Shown: positions 16,964 to 29,032 of the stretch, piece by piece
Position numbering within the stretch: position 1 is the stretch's first letter
Layout: every line of letters begins with the position of its first letter
DNA from: Eubacteriales bacterium
GTDB taxonomy: Bacteria; Bacillota; Clostridia; Oscillospirales; CAG-272
Length of the DNA stretch: 64,000 bases
Assembly: GCA_045128275.1 (NCBI GenBank)
Contig: JBGVRH010000046.1
Span: 51,178-115,177 of the forward strand
Direction: 5' to 3'
Made by a program: the position numbers and the translations under genes
The notes under the pieces: model-generated
What the model saw: the letters and a program-made list of their open reading frames with translations, nothing else
Database searches by the model: none
What the model was told of the DNA's origin: nothing

Positions 16964-19693
16964 TTATCCCTTGGCGGTCACGCGCTCCGCCACAAGCTTG
17001 ACGATCAGATAGACGGCGGGGGACACCACGGGGATCACCAGGGCCCAGAGGAGTCCCAGACCCGCTCCCAGGGCTACGGCCAGGGCGGCCACGTAGGTCA
17101 GAGCCAGAGCCAACGTGGTGAAAAAGACGGTGCGGTCGCGGCGGGGCAGGGGGGCGGCGCGGTAAATGGCCAGCTGGAGGCCCATCAGGCAGAGGAAGAG
17201 GAAATGGGTGGGATTCCCGCCGAAGTCCAGGTCGCAGTAGCGGCAGATGGCGGCGGCCAGGGTGGGGACGGCGGTGGCGGCGGCCACGGCGATGAGGCCG
17301 GCTCTGTGGGTGATGTGGGGGTTCTTCACCACGGTCTCCATGCTTCCCCGCTTGGCGGGAGAGGGAGCGGCGGGAAGGGCTACGGAGGAGATCAGCACCA
17401 AAAGATCCACGCCCAGCCCCGACAAAAGCAGAGCAGGAGCGGACAGGGTGGAGAGTCCCAGGAGCAGGGGCAGGATCACCAGCGCCAGGCGGGCGGCCTG
17501 GGACAGAAGCAGGAAGCGGAAGACCGTGGCGATGGAATCCTTGATACGGTCAGCGCAGAGGAGGGCGCGGCGCACGCCCATGATACCGCCTCCGTCGGAG
17601 GCTGTCCGTCTCACCACCACGTCGGCGCGGCGGCGGGCAAGATCCGAGGCGAGGGGGCTGTCGGGGAGGCCGTCGGGGGTGGCCAGGGGGTCGCGGAGGG
17701 CGGCCTTGGCGGTGAGCTTGGGATGACCCGCCTCGGCGGCGGCGTAGACCGAGGGAGAGCAGGTGATGGCCACGTCGGAGGCCCCCAGGAGGGGGAGATC
17801 CTCCCGATCCGCCGACAGGACGGCCACGGTGCGGCCGTGGGATTTCAGGTCGCTGATGAGGGTCAGCAGGCCCTCGGTGGTGGCGTTTGTAAAGGCGCGG
17901 TGGCCTTCATCCATAAGGGGTGCGGGGTTGCCTCCGTCTGCCAGGGTGTGGGCGGGGTGGGCTTCGGTGAGACCGCACTCCGACAGGGAGCGGAGGCTGA
18001 CGTCGTCACCGTCCCGCAAAAAGGCGGTGACACGGATGCCCGCCGCCTCCATGCCCTTGATGGCCCCCGCGGTCTTACGGCAGGTGTGGGGGGCGTAGGT
18101 CAGAAGGGCGCGGACGGCTGTCTCGCTTCCGGCGCGGGTGATGACGAACAGGGTGCGCTGACCCGTGCGGATGGCTTCTCGGTGGGCGCGGTAGAGGTCG
18201 CCCAGGCCCGCTTCGGTGATGGGAACGAGCAGGCCGTCGGCGTAGTGGGTATTGCAAGCGCGGATCTCCTCGAAATCGGAGGTGACCTTGACGGTGACGC
18301 GGCGGTTGCCCTCGGCGGTGGGGAAAACGGCGGAGATGCCGTCGGCCTCGGCGCGGGGATCCTTGGCGCGAACCAAAAGGGCATCGGTATCGATTTCCGC
18401 CCAGTCGGCCAGGGCGTCGGCCAGGGTAATCAGGGTATCGGCAGAAATGCTTCCCTCCCCGCTTGCCCCTGCGGAGGGGTAGGCCAAAAGACCGTGGCGG
18501 TACAGGTAGAGCAGCTCGGCCACAGCGGTAGCATCCCCGTCGGATTCGGGTCTGTCCAGGTGGTAGAGACGGTCTCCCAGGCGGAGGGTCTCGGCGTGAT
18601 CCTGCCCGTCGTGGAGGGCGGCGGTCCCCACCAGGATGAGGTCGGTGACCTCCGTCAACCGCTCGGGGATGGCCGAGGACTTGATATCCGCCGTGCTGAC
18701 GGCATCTCGGTCGGTGGCGGCGGCGCGGCGAAGGGCGGTATTGATATGAAGACCCCGGGCAAAGATATGCTCGGTGAGGGTCACGCCCGCCACGGCCAGG
18801 GCGGAGAGGAATATGTCCAGCAGCTCGTAGCGCTCCCCCAGGGTAAAGATGCCGATGGCGGTCACGGGGATGATGAGGACGATGAGACCCAGATTGTACA
18901 CCGACAGGTAGCGGGCCGCCCTCTTGAAGAGGGTGGGAGCCTGCCCCTTGCGGGGAGAGTCGATGCCCCCCGTAAGGCCGCCCAGGTGGGTTTCGCTTCC
19001 CACCGCCACAGCCACGGCGATGGCGAAGCCCGACTCGCAGATGCCCCCCGCAAAGACCATATTCTCGGGGGAGAGACGGTAGCTTCCGCCCGAGGCGGGG
19101 GTGGCCGTCGCGTCCTTGCGCAGGAGGGAGGAGGGACGGTCGGGGTCGGTGGAGATCTCCCGCTCGGTGACGGTGAAATCATCGGTGCGCAGGAGGCGGC
19201 AGTCGGCGGGGATCATATCGCCGGGGTAGAAGAGGAGAATATCCCCCCGAACCAGCTCGGAGGCGCCCACGCGGTGGATACGGCGGCCTCGCAGGACGCG
19301 GCAAAGCGGGGCATCGTAGGCGGCGAGGGCGGCATCTGCGCGGTCAGAGCGCCACAGGAAGAAGGCCGACAGGGCGGTATTGCCTCCCGCCAGGACCAGG
19401 CAGACAAGACCGAGGGCCACTCGGTCAAAAAACAGGGATATGACCGCCACGGCCAGGATGAGCCACAGGGCGGGCTCCTTCGCCACCCTCTTGAGGCAAG
19501 CGACAAAGCTGCGGGTGGGGGCGTTGTAGAGGGGCTTCGCCGTGGAGGCGGCCAGACGGCGCTCAGCCTCCTTTTGGGACAGCCCCGCGGCGGGGTCGGT
19601 GGCCAGGTGGGACAGAAGCTCCTCCACGGGGGCGGTGGCGGGGTTGATCTTACGGCGAACCCTGCGGGAATCGGTTTGCTCGGGAGATGGCAT
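16964..19693 (-). CDS. P-type ATPase-like membrane protein with degenerate catalytic motifs
   Basis: 909 aa. Has a Cation_ATPase_N-like N-terminus, an A-domain-like GDILLFYPGDMIPADCRLL, and about 10 TM helices. TGES, DKTGT and GDGxNDxP positions read TEREIS, VGTAALH and SADREDLP. Confidence 0.75.
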   Translation of the reverse strand: MPSPEQTDSRRVRRKINPATAPVEELLSHLATDPAAGLSQKEAERRLAASTAKPLYNAPTRSFVACLKRVAKEPALWLILAVAVISLFFDRVALGLVCLVLAGGNTALSAFFLWRSDRADAALAAYDAPLCRVLRGRRIHRVGASELVRGDILLFYPGDMIPADCRLLRTDDFTVTEREISTDPDRPSSLLRKDATATPASGGSYRLSPENMVFAGGICESGFAIAVAVAVGSETHLGGLTGGIDSPRKGQAPTLFKRAARYLSVYNLGLIVLIIPVTAIGIFTLGERYELLDIFLSALAVAGVTLTEHIFARGLHINTALRRAAATDRDAVSTADIKSSAIPERLTEVTDLILVGTAALHDGQDHAETLRLGDRLYHLDRPESDGDATAVAELLYLYRHGLLAYPSAGASGEGSISADTLITLADALADWAEIDTDALLVRAKDPRAEADGISAVFPTAEGNRRVTVKVTSDFEEIRACNTHYADGLLVPITEAGLGDLYRAHREAIRTGQRTLFVITRAGSETAVRALLTYAPHTCRKTAGAIKGMEAAGIRVTAFLRDGDDVSLRSLSECGLTEAHPAHTLADGGNPAPLMDEGHRAFTNATTEGLLTLISDLKSHGRTVAVLSADREDLPLLGASDVAITCSPSVYAAAEAGHPKLTAKAALRDPLATPDGLPDSPLASDLARRRADVVVRRTASDGGGIMGVRRALLCADRIKDSIATVFRFLLLSQAARLALVILPLLLGLSTLSAPALLLSGLGVDLLVLISSVALPAAPSPAKRGSMETVVKNPHITHRAGLIAVAAATAVPTLAAAICRYCDLDFGGNPTHFLFLCLMGLQLAIYRAAPLPRRDRTVFFTTLALALTYVAALAVALGAGLGLLWALVIPVVSPAVYLIVKLVAERVTAKG

Positions 19694-19741
19694 AGATACC
19701 TCCTCGTTTCGGCTTCACCGCGCTATGCGGTGAGGGTAGAA

Positions 19742-21406
19742 TCAGATGATCTCGATATGGATAGACAATTGGCCGCAGGCGGAGGCGCACAAGGCGCGGT
19801 AACGGCCGTTGCGGTTGGCAGCGGTGATGCCCGTGTCCGTGATACCGCCGTTTACCGTATAACGGCAGGTATGGCCCTCGTAGGCCACGGTGACTGTCGG
19901 GGACTCCACCGTTACGGCGGGGTGGATCTCGCCGTCAAAGGCAAGGACGGGGAGGGTATGGTGCTGCTCCCCGTCTCCGCTCTGGGTGATGGTGACCCCC
20001 TCGGCGGATACGGTATAGGTCAGGAGGGCCGTGCGGCCTCCGTAGGTGCAAGAGAGGGTGGCGGAAGCGGTATACTCATCCGCGGCGTAGGCCTTGACCT
20101 CATAGGCCGCCGCGGGATCGGCGGCAAACCGCCAGCCCTCGGGGGTCTTCTCGGCGGGGCAGAGGGACAGGGCTACGGGCTTGGGAATATCCACCGTAAA
20201 GACAGGCGCCTCGGGACAGGGCTGGGACAAGCAGATGGCCGATGGCGCGCCCGCGCGGTGGACTCTGCCAAGACCGCTTCCGTCGTAGTGGGGGTCGGCG
20301 TGAAGGTCGAATTCCAGGCCGTATCCTCCCGCCTTCAAAAAGAGCTTATGGAAGCGATCGGAGGTGAGGTAGGCGGTGGGAGCGGTGTCCCCCTCGGGGG
20401 CGGCGGGGATGGACTCGTCGCTGATGAGGGCGGCGGCGTAGAAGTTGGAGGCCGCGGTGATCATGTACTTATCGAAGTAGGCGTAGTCCTCACAGCCGCA
20501 GCGGGTCTCGGTGGAGTAGCGGTTCTTGACGTGGCGGATGGGGGCGCGGGACAGCCATCCCTCGGCGGCCTCCACGGCGCGGAGAGCGGCGGCCTTGAAG
20601 CGGGCGGCAAGGGGGAGATCCCCTTCCCTTTTGTAGCGGTTGGCCTCGTACTCCAGCAGGGCGGCCAGCCAGCCCTCGTTGTGGATGAACTGGTTACTGC
20701 GCCCGCCGAAGGCCATTTCTCCCGTCACCGACTGCATGGCCAGAGTCGCCATGCCCGTGCGGCGGAGGCAATCGTCTATGGCGGCGTAGTGCTTCCCTCG
20801 GTAGCCCTTATGGAGCAGGAGGGCGAAGAGACCGCGGGAGACGTGATCGTACATGATGGGCTGGTGGGCGTAGCCCCCTGCGTCGCAGTACAGGCCGTTT
20901 TCGTCCAGCCATTTGAGCTGAACCTGCAATTGGAGGTCGATGAAATCGCGGGAGTCGCAGAGTCCCATGTCCTGGCGGAAATACTCGCTGACCGCCGTGA
21001 AGAGCGCCCAGTTGCGGACCCCCGACTCGGGCTTGGTGGCGTAGCAGTTGTAGCAGGTCTCGGGGACGATGGTTGTGAGATCGGATTTCCAGCGGGGGAT
21101 ATCCTCGGGGAAGAGTCCCGCCGTCTCCAGCTCGGTAAGACAGCAGATGATCTCCCGCACCGAGAAGTCGTTGGCGGCCTTGACGCGGGGGATCTGCTCA
21201 CAGCAAAGGTTCATCATCTCGCAAAAGAGGGGAGCGAGGTCGGTACGGATGCCGTGGGACAAAAGGATGCCGATATTGGCAGTGAGGCGGGGGAAGCCGT
21301 GCTCGGTGAGGCCGTTTCGCTTCACCTCGTCGAAGTAGCGGCGGATGTGGGAGTCGGGGTAGGCGGAAAGGGAGGCGGACATGACAGAGAGGTAGCGGGG
21401 ATTCAT
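19742..21406 (-). CDS. hypothetical protein (possible alpha/alpha-toroid polysaccharide-acting enzyme)
   Basis: 554 aa from MNPRYL with AAAGGAGG RBS. The ORF-track N-terminal 29 aa come from the repeat element. Function not recognised. Confidence 0.55.
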   Translation of the reverse strand: MNPRYLSVMSASLSAYPDSHIRRYFDEVKRNGLTEHGFPRLTANIGILLSHGIRTDLAPLFCEMMNLCCEQIPRVKAANDFSVREIICCLTELETAGLFPEDIPRWKSDLTTIVPETCYNCYATKPESGVRNWALFTAVSEYFRQDMGLCDSRDFIDLQLQVQLKWLDENGLYCDAGGYAHQPIMYDHVSRGLFALLLHKGYRGKHYAAIDDCLRRTGMATLAMQSVTGEMAFGGRSNQFIHNEGWLAALLEYEANRYKREGDLPLAARFKAAALRAVEAAEGWLSRAPIRHVKNRYSTETRCGCEDYAYFDKYMITAASNFYAAALISDESIPAAPEGDTAPTAYLTSDRFHKLFLKAGGYGLEFDLHADPHYDGSGLGRVHRAGAPSAICLSQPCPEAPVFTVDIPKPVALSLCPAEKTPEGWRFAADPAAAYEVKAYAADEYTASATLSCTYGGRTALLTYTVSAEGVTITQSGDGEQHHTLPVLAFDGEIHPAVTVESPTVTVAYEGHTCRYTVNGGITDTGITAANRNGRYRALCASACGQLSIHIEII

Positions 21407-21419
21407 GGGTGGGCCTCCT

Positions 21420-21565
21420 TTCAAATTTGGGTTTGTCGAATAGATACAAGATACGGAGATACAAGATACAAGATATAGAACGGCTGTTGCCACAAGGTTA
21501 TTTCATATCTTGTATCTTTGTATCTTGTATCTTTGTATCTTTGTTTCTCACCGACAAAACGCAAT

Positions 21566-21567
<2 letters not shown>
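21420..21567. mobile_element. TIR-bounded long-hairpin element, (GATACAA)n stem type
   Basis: Ends are TTCAAATTTGGGTTTGTCG and CCGACAAAACGCAATTT. Arms are (GATACAA)n and (TTGTATC)n around a 28-nt loop. The right end overlaps the Clp ATPase stop codon. Confidence 0.6.
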
Positions 21568-23953
<2,386 letters not shown>

Positions 23954-24026
23954 ATATTTCACTTGTTGGGGGTACCCAACGGACTCCTTTGCTTGGGGTA
24001 ACGGATTAAAAACTAATCCAGGATAT

Positions 24027-24055
24027 ATCATACCACTTTTCGGGGCGGTTGTCAA
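24027..24055 (-). promoter_or_regulatory. sigma-A-type promoter of the Clp ATPase gene
   Basis: Minus strand: TTGACA, 17-nt spacer, TATGAT, about 75 nt upstream of the start. Confidence 0.5.
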
Positions 24056-24187
24056 GGGGGGGCGGAGTGAAGGGAGCGTGAAAGCAAGGTGACTGTGGGC
24101 CCCGTTACGCTTCCCCGGCACGCGAATGAGCCCCCCGCAATCGCGGGGGGCTCTCACTGTATAGTCGAGGGTAGGATGCCGTCGGGA

Positions 24188-25201
24188 TCAAGTCAGATAT
24201 CCCGTCCAGGGGAGCTTAGTCTTCTGCAAGAGGTCTACGGCGAGGATGACCGCACCGATCAACACCCATGCGACCGCCGTAATGATGAGCGTATGCTGCG
24301 TATGGATGAGCTTATCGCACAGCAGGGTGGCGGAAAAGATGACCATGCCTTGACAGCAGTAGATGATCGTGCTGATCCTCCGCATCCAAGGTGCCGTCGA
24401 GATCCTCACGGAGGAATTCACAGCAAACAGGAACAGGAAGAACGAGGCGGGGATCAGCATGAAAGCCGCATCAGTAGCCCCTGCACCGATCCATTTGTCT
24501 ACCAGGATGACCTCTACATAGTAGAGAGCGAAGGAGATCAGCCCCAGAAGGAGACAGAGACCTCCGGGGATCCCGGACAACCTCTCCCTGTTTTTCGCCG
24601 CGTATTTTCCGATGGCGAAGAAGAAGCAACCGCAGATGATGCTATTATAGGGGGTGAAATAGAGGAACCGCGTCATCTGCTTGGGGAGCAGACCGTGGTA
24701 CAGAGATGTCAGCACGCACAAAAGGTACATCAGTGCCGTGATAGCCAGGATCGTGCGGTCCGTCAGCTTTCTCCCCATCATGGAAACGATCCACGCGCTG
24801 AAGACACAGCTCAAAAGATACCACGAGCCCAAAAAGCTGTTTGATATCATCCATTCCTTGGCGATCATGACCCACGTGGTGACCGAGGTCAGATCTCGTG
24901 ATAGGAACCATGTATCCAGGATCTGAGGGATGTTGAAGACGAACCAAAGAGCATACAGGGCAAGGATCCGTATCGTGTATCGTTTCAGCTGCTCCCTTGA
25001 GACAGTCCCGTTCGTTCCCTTGCTGAACAGGAAGAAGGAGGACGCAAGGAAAAAGAAGGGCACGCCCCACCTTGCCAAGAGCTGTACTCCATAAAAATGC
25101 AACGGCTCTCCAACAGAGTGGAGAGCTCCAATGTGCATCGAAAATATCAAGATACTGCCTACAAGCTTTAACAGGTCGATCGCGTCATACTTTTTTTTCA
25201 T
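24188..25201 (-). CDS. acyltransferase family 3 membrane protein
   Basis: 337 aa from MKKKYDAIDLLKLVGSILIFSMHI...WGVPFFFLASSFFLF. Polytopic. Lower GC than neighbours. Confidence 0.8.
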   Translation of the reverse strand: MKKKYDAIDLLKLVGSILIFSMHIGALHSVGEPLHFYGVQLLARWGVPFFFLASSFFLFSKGTNGTVSREQLKRYTIRILALYALWFVFNIPQILDTWFLSRDLTSVTTWVMIAKEWMISNSFLGSWYLLSCVFSAWIVSMMGRKLTDRTILAITALMYLLCVLTSLYHGLLPKQMTRFLYFTPYNSIICGCFFFAIGKYAAKNRERLSGIPGGLCLLLGLISFALYYVEVILVDKWIGAGATDAAFMLIPASFFLFLFAVNSSVRISTAPWMRRISTIIYCCQGMVIFSATLLCDKLIHTQHTLIITAVAWVLIGAVILAVDLLQKTKLPWTGYLT

Positions 25202-25380
25202 GATACCGTGCTCCACATTCTTCTCAAGGCCTTTTTCACCGGCAGAAAGCAGGCGAGATCTGACCAAGTAACAGATAAGTGTATTATAATTCTTTTGAAA
25301 TAGCGTTTTGTTAACAAAAAAAAACAGAACAGTAACATTTTCGTAACATTCACCTTCTTCCAGCTCTTCGTAAAAGATCC

Positions 25381-25409
25381 TTGACAACTACGCCACCATG
25401 TAGTATAAT
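25381..25409 (+). promoter_or_regulatory. consensus sigma-A promoter
   Basis: TTGACA (25381-25386), 17-nt spacer, TATAAT (25404-25409), 70 nt upstream of the 25480 ATG. Confidence 0.6.
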
Positions 25410-25479
25410 ATAATGGAGTATAAATATTCCCCGCCCGCACAAACGGGCAGGCCCGCGCGCGGGCAGAAAGGACACATAT

Positions 25480-26178
25480 ATGACCTACGTAGTTGCCAAC
25501 CTTCACGGACACCTGGAGGAGTACAAGACCCTCCTCCAAACCATCAAATTCAACGCCGACAGAGACGTTTTGTACGTTCTGGGCGATACCGTGGACTACG
25601 GCCCCGATCCCATGGGGCTGATCGAGGACATGAGCTACCGCCTCAACGTCTACCCCATCGCGGGCGAGCATGATTTCACCGCCGTCAAGATGCTGGCGGG
25701 ATATGAAAAGATGCAGGCCGCCATGGCAAAGGGACAGGCTCCCGACAAGGAGTTCGTCAGCGAGCTGACCGCCTGGGTGCAGGACGGTGGCGAGCCTACC
25801 CTGTCGGGCTACCGCGCCCTGGACAAGGATATGCAGGAGGGCGCTCTGGAGTACCTGTCGGATATGCCTCTCTACGAGGAGGTCACGGTGAACGGCCATG
25901 ACTACCTGCTGATCCACCAGGGTATCTACGATTTCACCCCCGACGTGGAGCTGGACTGGCTGGAGCCCGAGGACTTCTTCTCGGAGTCCCTCGACCCCAC
26001 CGCCAAGTATTTCGAGGACAAGACCATCATCGTGGGTCATACTCCCACCAGCGAATCCAACGGCGGCGCGGATCGCATCTTCTACGGCAACGGTACCATC
26101 TTCATCGACTGCGGTCTGGGCCGCGGCGGCCGACTGGGATGCCTGCGTCTGGAGGACGGTAAGGAGTTCTATGTCTAA
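25480..26178 (+). CDS. metallophosphoesterase (Ser/Thr phosphatase family)
   Basis: 232 aa with motifs VANLHGH, LGDTVDYG and GHTP. Confidence 0.8.
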   Translation: MTYVVANLHGHLEEYKTLLQTIKFNADRDVLYVLGDTVDYGPDPMGLIEDMSYRLNVYPIAGEHDFTAVKMLAGYEKMQAAMAKGQAPDKEFVSELTAWVQDGGEPTLSGYRALDKDMQEGALEYLSDMPLYEEVTVNGHDYLLIHQGIYDFTPDVELDWLEPEDFFSESLDPTAKYFEDKTIIVGHTPTSESNGGADRIFYGNGTIFIDCGLGRGGRLGCLRLEDGKEFYV

Positions 26179-27601
26179 GCAGAAAACCAACCGAAACGAA
26201 AAGCCCGAGGTGGTGACGGTCAGCATCCATGACCTGAACAACCTCGGTTGCGGCGTGGCCAGAATGCCCGAGGGGACTCCCGACGGGGGTCTTGTGGTAT
26301 TCGTCAAGGGCACCGTCACGGGGGACGTGGCGCGGGCGCAGATCATCAAGCGCACCAAGTCCTTCTGCGTGGGCAAGCTTTTGGAGATCGTGACCCCCTC
26401 CCCCATGCGGGCGGAGGAGGAGTTTTGTCCTGCTCCCGAGGCCTGCGGCGGTTGCGTGTACCGCCACCTCAAATATGAGGATGAACTGATCTCTAAGCAT
26501 GCCCGCGTGGAGAAGGCCTTCCGACAGGCGGGGCTTGCCGACGTGGTCATCCGTCCCGTGCTGACCGTCAAGCGGGAGGGCGAGCACGTCACCCGCGGCT
26601 ACCGCAACAAGGGGATGTACCCCGTCCGTCAGGGCAAGAATGGGATGGAGGCGGGCTTCTATGCCGCCAAGACCCACAAGGTGATCCCCTGCTTTGACTG
26701 CGCCCTCCAGCCCGATTTCTTCGGTGAGTTGGTGCGGGAGGTGTGCAAGCTCTGCGACAAGTACCGCGTGACGGCTTACGATGAAGAAACGGGAAAGGGC
26801 ACTCTGCGCCACATTTACCTGCGTTGCGCCGCCGACGGGACGACTCTCCTGACGCTGGTGATCAACGATGTGAAGCTCCCCAAGCCTGCCGCCGAGGGGC
26901 TGGTGCATGAGTTGGTGGGCCGCTTCCCCTCCCTGTGCGGTATTCTTTTGAATATCAACCGCGAGAACACCAACGTGGTGCTGGGTGACAAGTTCGTGAC
27001 CCTGTGGGGCAAGGACTATCTGGAGGATATCCTCTGCGGCAAGAAGCTCCGCTTGTCGGCGGGGTCCTTCTACCAAGTGAACCACGATGCCGCCGAGCTG
27101 CTCTACAACACCGCCGCCGACATGGCGGGTTTGACGGGGAGCGAGCATCTCCTTGACCTCTACTGCGGCGCGGGGAGCATCGGTCTTTCCATGGCCGACC
27201 GCGTGGCCGACGTGACGGGCATTGAGATCATCCCCGAGGCGGTGGAGTGCGCCCAAGTCAACGCCCGCCTGAATGGGCTGGACGAGACCCGCGCGCGGTT
27301 CTTCTGCGGGGACGCGTCCGACGCGCATAAGTTCCTGGCCGCCGCGGAGGAGAACGGCGCGCCCTCCCCCGATCTGGTGGTGATCGACCCGCCCCGCAAG
27401 GGCACGACCCGCGAGCTGATCCAAGAGATCGCGGCGCGGGGGATTCGACGGGTGGTGTATATCTCCTGTGAGCCGGAGACGCTGGGGCGGGATTGCGCGG
27501 TGTTTAGAGAGTTTGGGTATAGCATCGGGGAGGTTCAGCCGGTGGACTTATTTCCCAGAACAGGTCACGTCGAAAGTGTCGTTTGTCTGTCACGAAAATA
27601 A
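26171..27601 (+). CDS. rlmD: 23S rRNA (uracil-C5)-methyltransferase, RlmD/RumA family with TRAM domain
   Basis: 476 aa. N-terminal TRAM-like barrel, Cys cluster CPAPEACGGCVY, SAM motif DLYCGAGSIG, and YISCEPETLGRD...VDLFPRTGHVESV. Confidence 0.85.
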   Translation: MSKQKTNRNEKPEVVTVSIHDLNNLGCGVARMPEGTPDGGLVVFVKGTVTGDVARAQIIKRTKSFCVGKLLEIVTPSPMRAEEEFCPAPEACGGCVYRHLKYEDELISKHARVEKAFRQAGLADVVIRPVLTVKREGEHVTRGYRNKGMYPVRQGKNGMEAGFYAAKTHKVIPCFDCALQPDFFGELVREVCKLCDKYRVTAYDEETGKGTLRHIYLRCAADGTTLLTLVINDVKLPKPAAEGLVHELVGRFPSLCGILLNINRENTNVVLGDKFVTLWGKDYLEDILCGKKLRLSAGSFYQVNHDAAELLYNTAADMAGLTGSEHLLDLYCGAGSIGLSMADRVADVTGIEIIPEAVECAQVNARLNGLDETRARFFCGDASDAHKFLAAAEENGAPSPDLVVIDPPRKGTTRELIQEIAARGIRRVVYISCEPETLGRDCAVFREFGYSIGEVQPVDLFPRTGHVESVVCLSRK

Positions 27602-27817
27602 GCGATTTTGACCCATAAAATGGCACTTTTTCGGCATTTTAAGCGGTTTTTGAGCCAAAAAAACGATATTTGAAATCAAAACACCTCAATTTGATTTGGG
27701 ACAAATGATGATTTTGAGCAAAGATCGAAACTCTAATTTACAGCTGTATAATCACGGACGGATATTTCAAATGCAAATCTCCGTGTATTGAGGAATTGTC
27801 TAATAAAAGCAAGAGGG

Positions 27818-29032
27818 ATGGTGGTTGTTGTGACTAATCAAGAAAAGGGCTTGGAGTTTGAAAAGCGGTGCTTTTCAAAGCTAGTGGATCTAAATTTTAC
27901 GGATTTATCTTTGACACGAAATACCGATAATGGTGCAGATATTATTGGAACATTAAATGGAACTAGGTATGTTTTCCAATGCAAAAACCATAAAAAGCCT
28001 CAGGGAAATAGATGTGTTCAAGAGGTGATTGCTGCGCAAAAGTTATATAAAGGTAATAGGTGTGTTGTTATTTCACATAGTTCGTTTACTTCTGCGGCAA
28101 TTGCTTTGGCTAAAGCTAATAACTGTATTCTTATTAAAGCAAATGTTTTTTTTGAGTTGTCTGATTTTCCTCCAAAAGATTACTCTGCGCAATTTGATCA
28201 AAACACTCCAGTGTATGATTTTGAATATCAACTAATTGAAAAATATGAAGAAATAAAGAAGAGGTTAGGGAGAACTCCTAAGTGGGAGGAACTTGATGCA
28301 CATACCCGTTATGTAATAACGAAGAAGTATAAAAATTATAGCATATTTTTGTCTTCAATAGGCGATAAAAAATGTACGGCTAAGCATTCAGACGATGAAC
28401 TTAAAAAAGAATATATGCGTATAAGAGAACTTTTGAACAGAGTTCCCACAGGTGCCGACATCCGCGCTTATAGTTCATTCCCATATAACCAGTTTCATGA
28501 GTATCCGTTAACCAAACTGCAAAAAGAATGTGGAGATCGACCTAATATAGAACGTGGGGTATCGAAGGAAGCATTAACACATTCATATTTTGAATTGGAG
28601 AAAAAACTAGGCCATCCTCCCGCTGTTAAAGAAATTGATCAATTTGGAACATATAGGTCGTCATATTATGTTCGCAGGTGGGGGAGTATAGACAACTTCC
28701 TGCTAGAAATTGGCAGAACGAGGACTTCTGCTGGATTACCTAGACGTTATACCAATGATGAGGTAATTGCAATATATTCACTTATAAAGATATTGCTATC
28801 TTTGGTAAAAGAGAGTGATAATTATGAAATCAATCAAACCGTTCTAGAACAACTTCAGTTTAATAGTGGAACGCTCATTTCGCCAGCTACCTTTTCAAAC
28901 AAATTTGGTGATTGGAAAGCTTTTTGCACATATTTAGAAGAAAACAATATTAACAATGAATTATTAAAAATCGTGAGGCGAATTCGTTGCGAAGGAATAC
29001 AAGTTCTGTTTACGGATACAGTACCGTCATAA
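27818..29032 (+). CDS. Mrr-like restriction endonuclease domain protein with HEAR-type repeats
   Basis: 404 aa, low GC. The N-terminus (...DNGADIIGTLNGTRYVFQCKNHKKPQGNRCVQEV) resembles the Mrr_cat D..(E/Q)xK core. It is followed by three ~45-aa helical repeats (..LGRTPKWEELD.., ..LNRVPTGADIR.., ..LGHPPAVKEID..). Confidence 0.65.
   Translation: MVVVVTNQEKGLEFEKRCFSKLVDLNFTDLSLTRNTDNGADIIGTLNGTRYVFQCKNHKKPQGNRCVQEVIAAQKLYKGNRCVVISHSSFTSAAIALAKANNCILIKANVFFELSDFPPKDYSAQFDQNTPVYDFEYQLIEKYEEIKKRLGRTPKWEELDAHTRYVITKKYKNYSIFLSSIGDKKCTAKHSDDELKKEYMRIRELLNRVPTGADIRAYSSFPYNQFHEYPLTKLQKECGDRPNIERGVSKEALTHSYFELEKKLGHPPAVKEIDQFGTYRSSYYVRRWGSIDNFLLEIGRTRTSAGLPRRYTNDEVIAIYSLIKILLSLVKESDNYEINQTVLEQLQFNSGTLISPATFSNKFGDWKAFCTYLEENNINNELLKIVRRIRCEGIQVLFTDTVPS

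Noticed and set aside
16934-21478. Very long ORFs antisense to recognised genes. Examples are 16934-21478 (+, 1514 aa), 49706-52210 (-, 834 aa), 60413-63043 (-, 876 aa), 782-2005 (-), 3064-4206 (+), 5086-6210 (-) and 12580-14418 (+).
   Set aside because: These are stop-poor shadow frames typical of high-GC DNA. Their translations are Gly/Ala/Arg/Pro/Val-rich low-complexity sequence with no motifs. Each is fully overlapped by an opposite-strand gene with clear family signatures.
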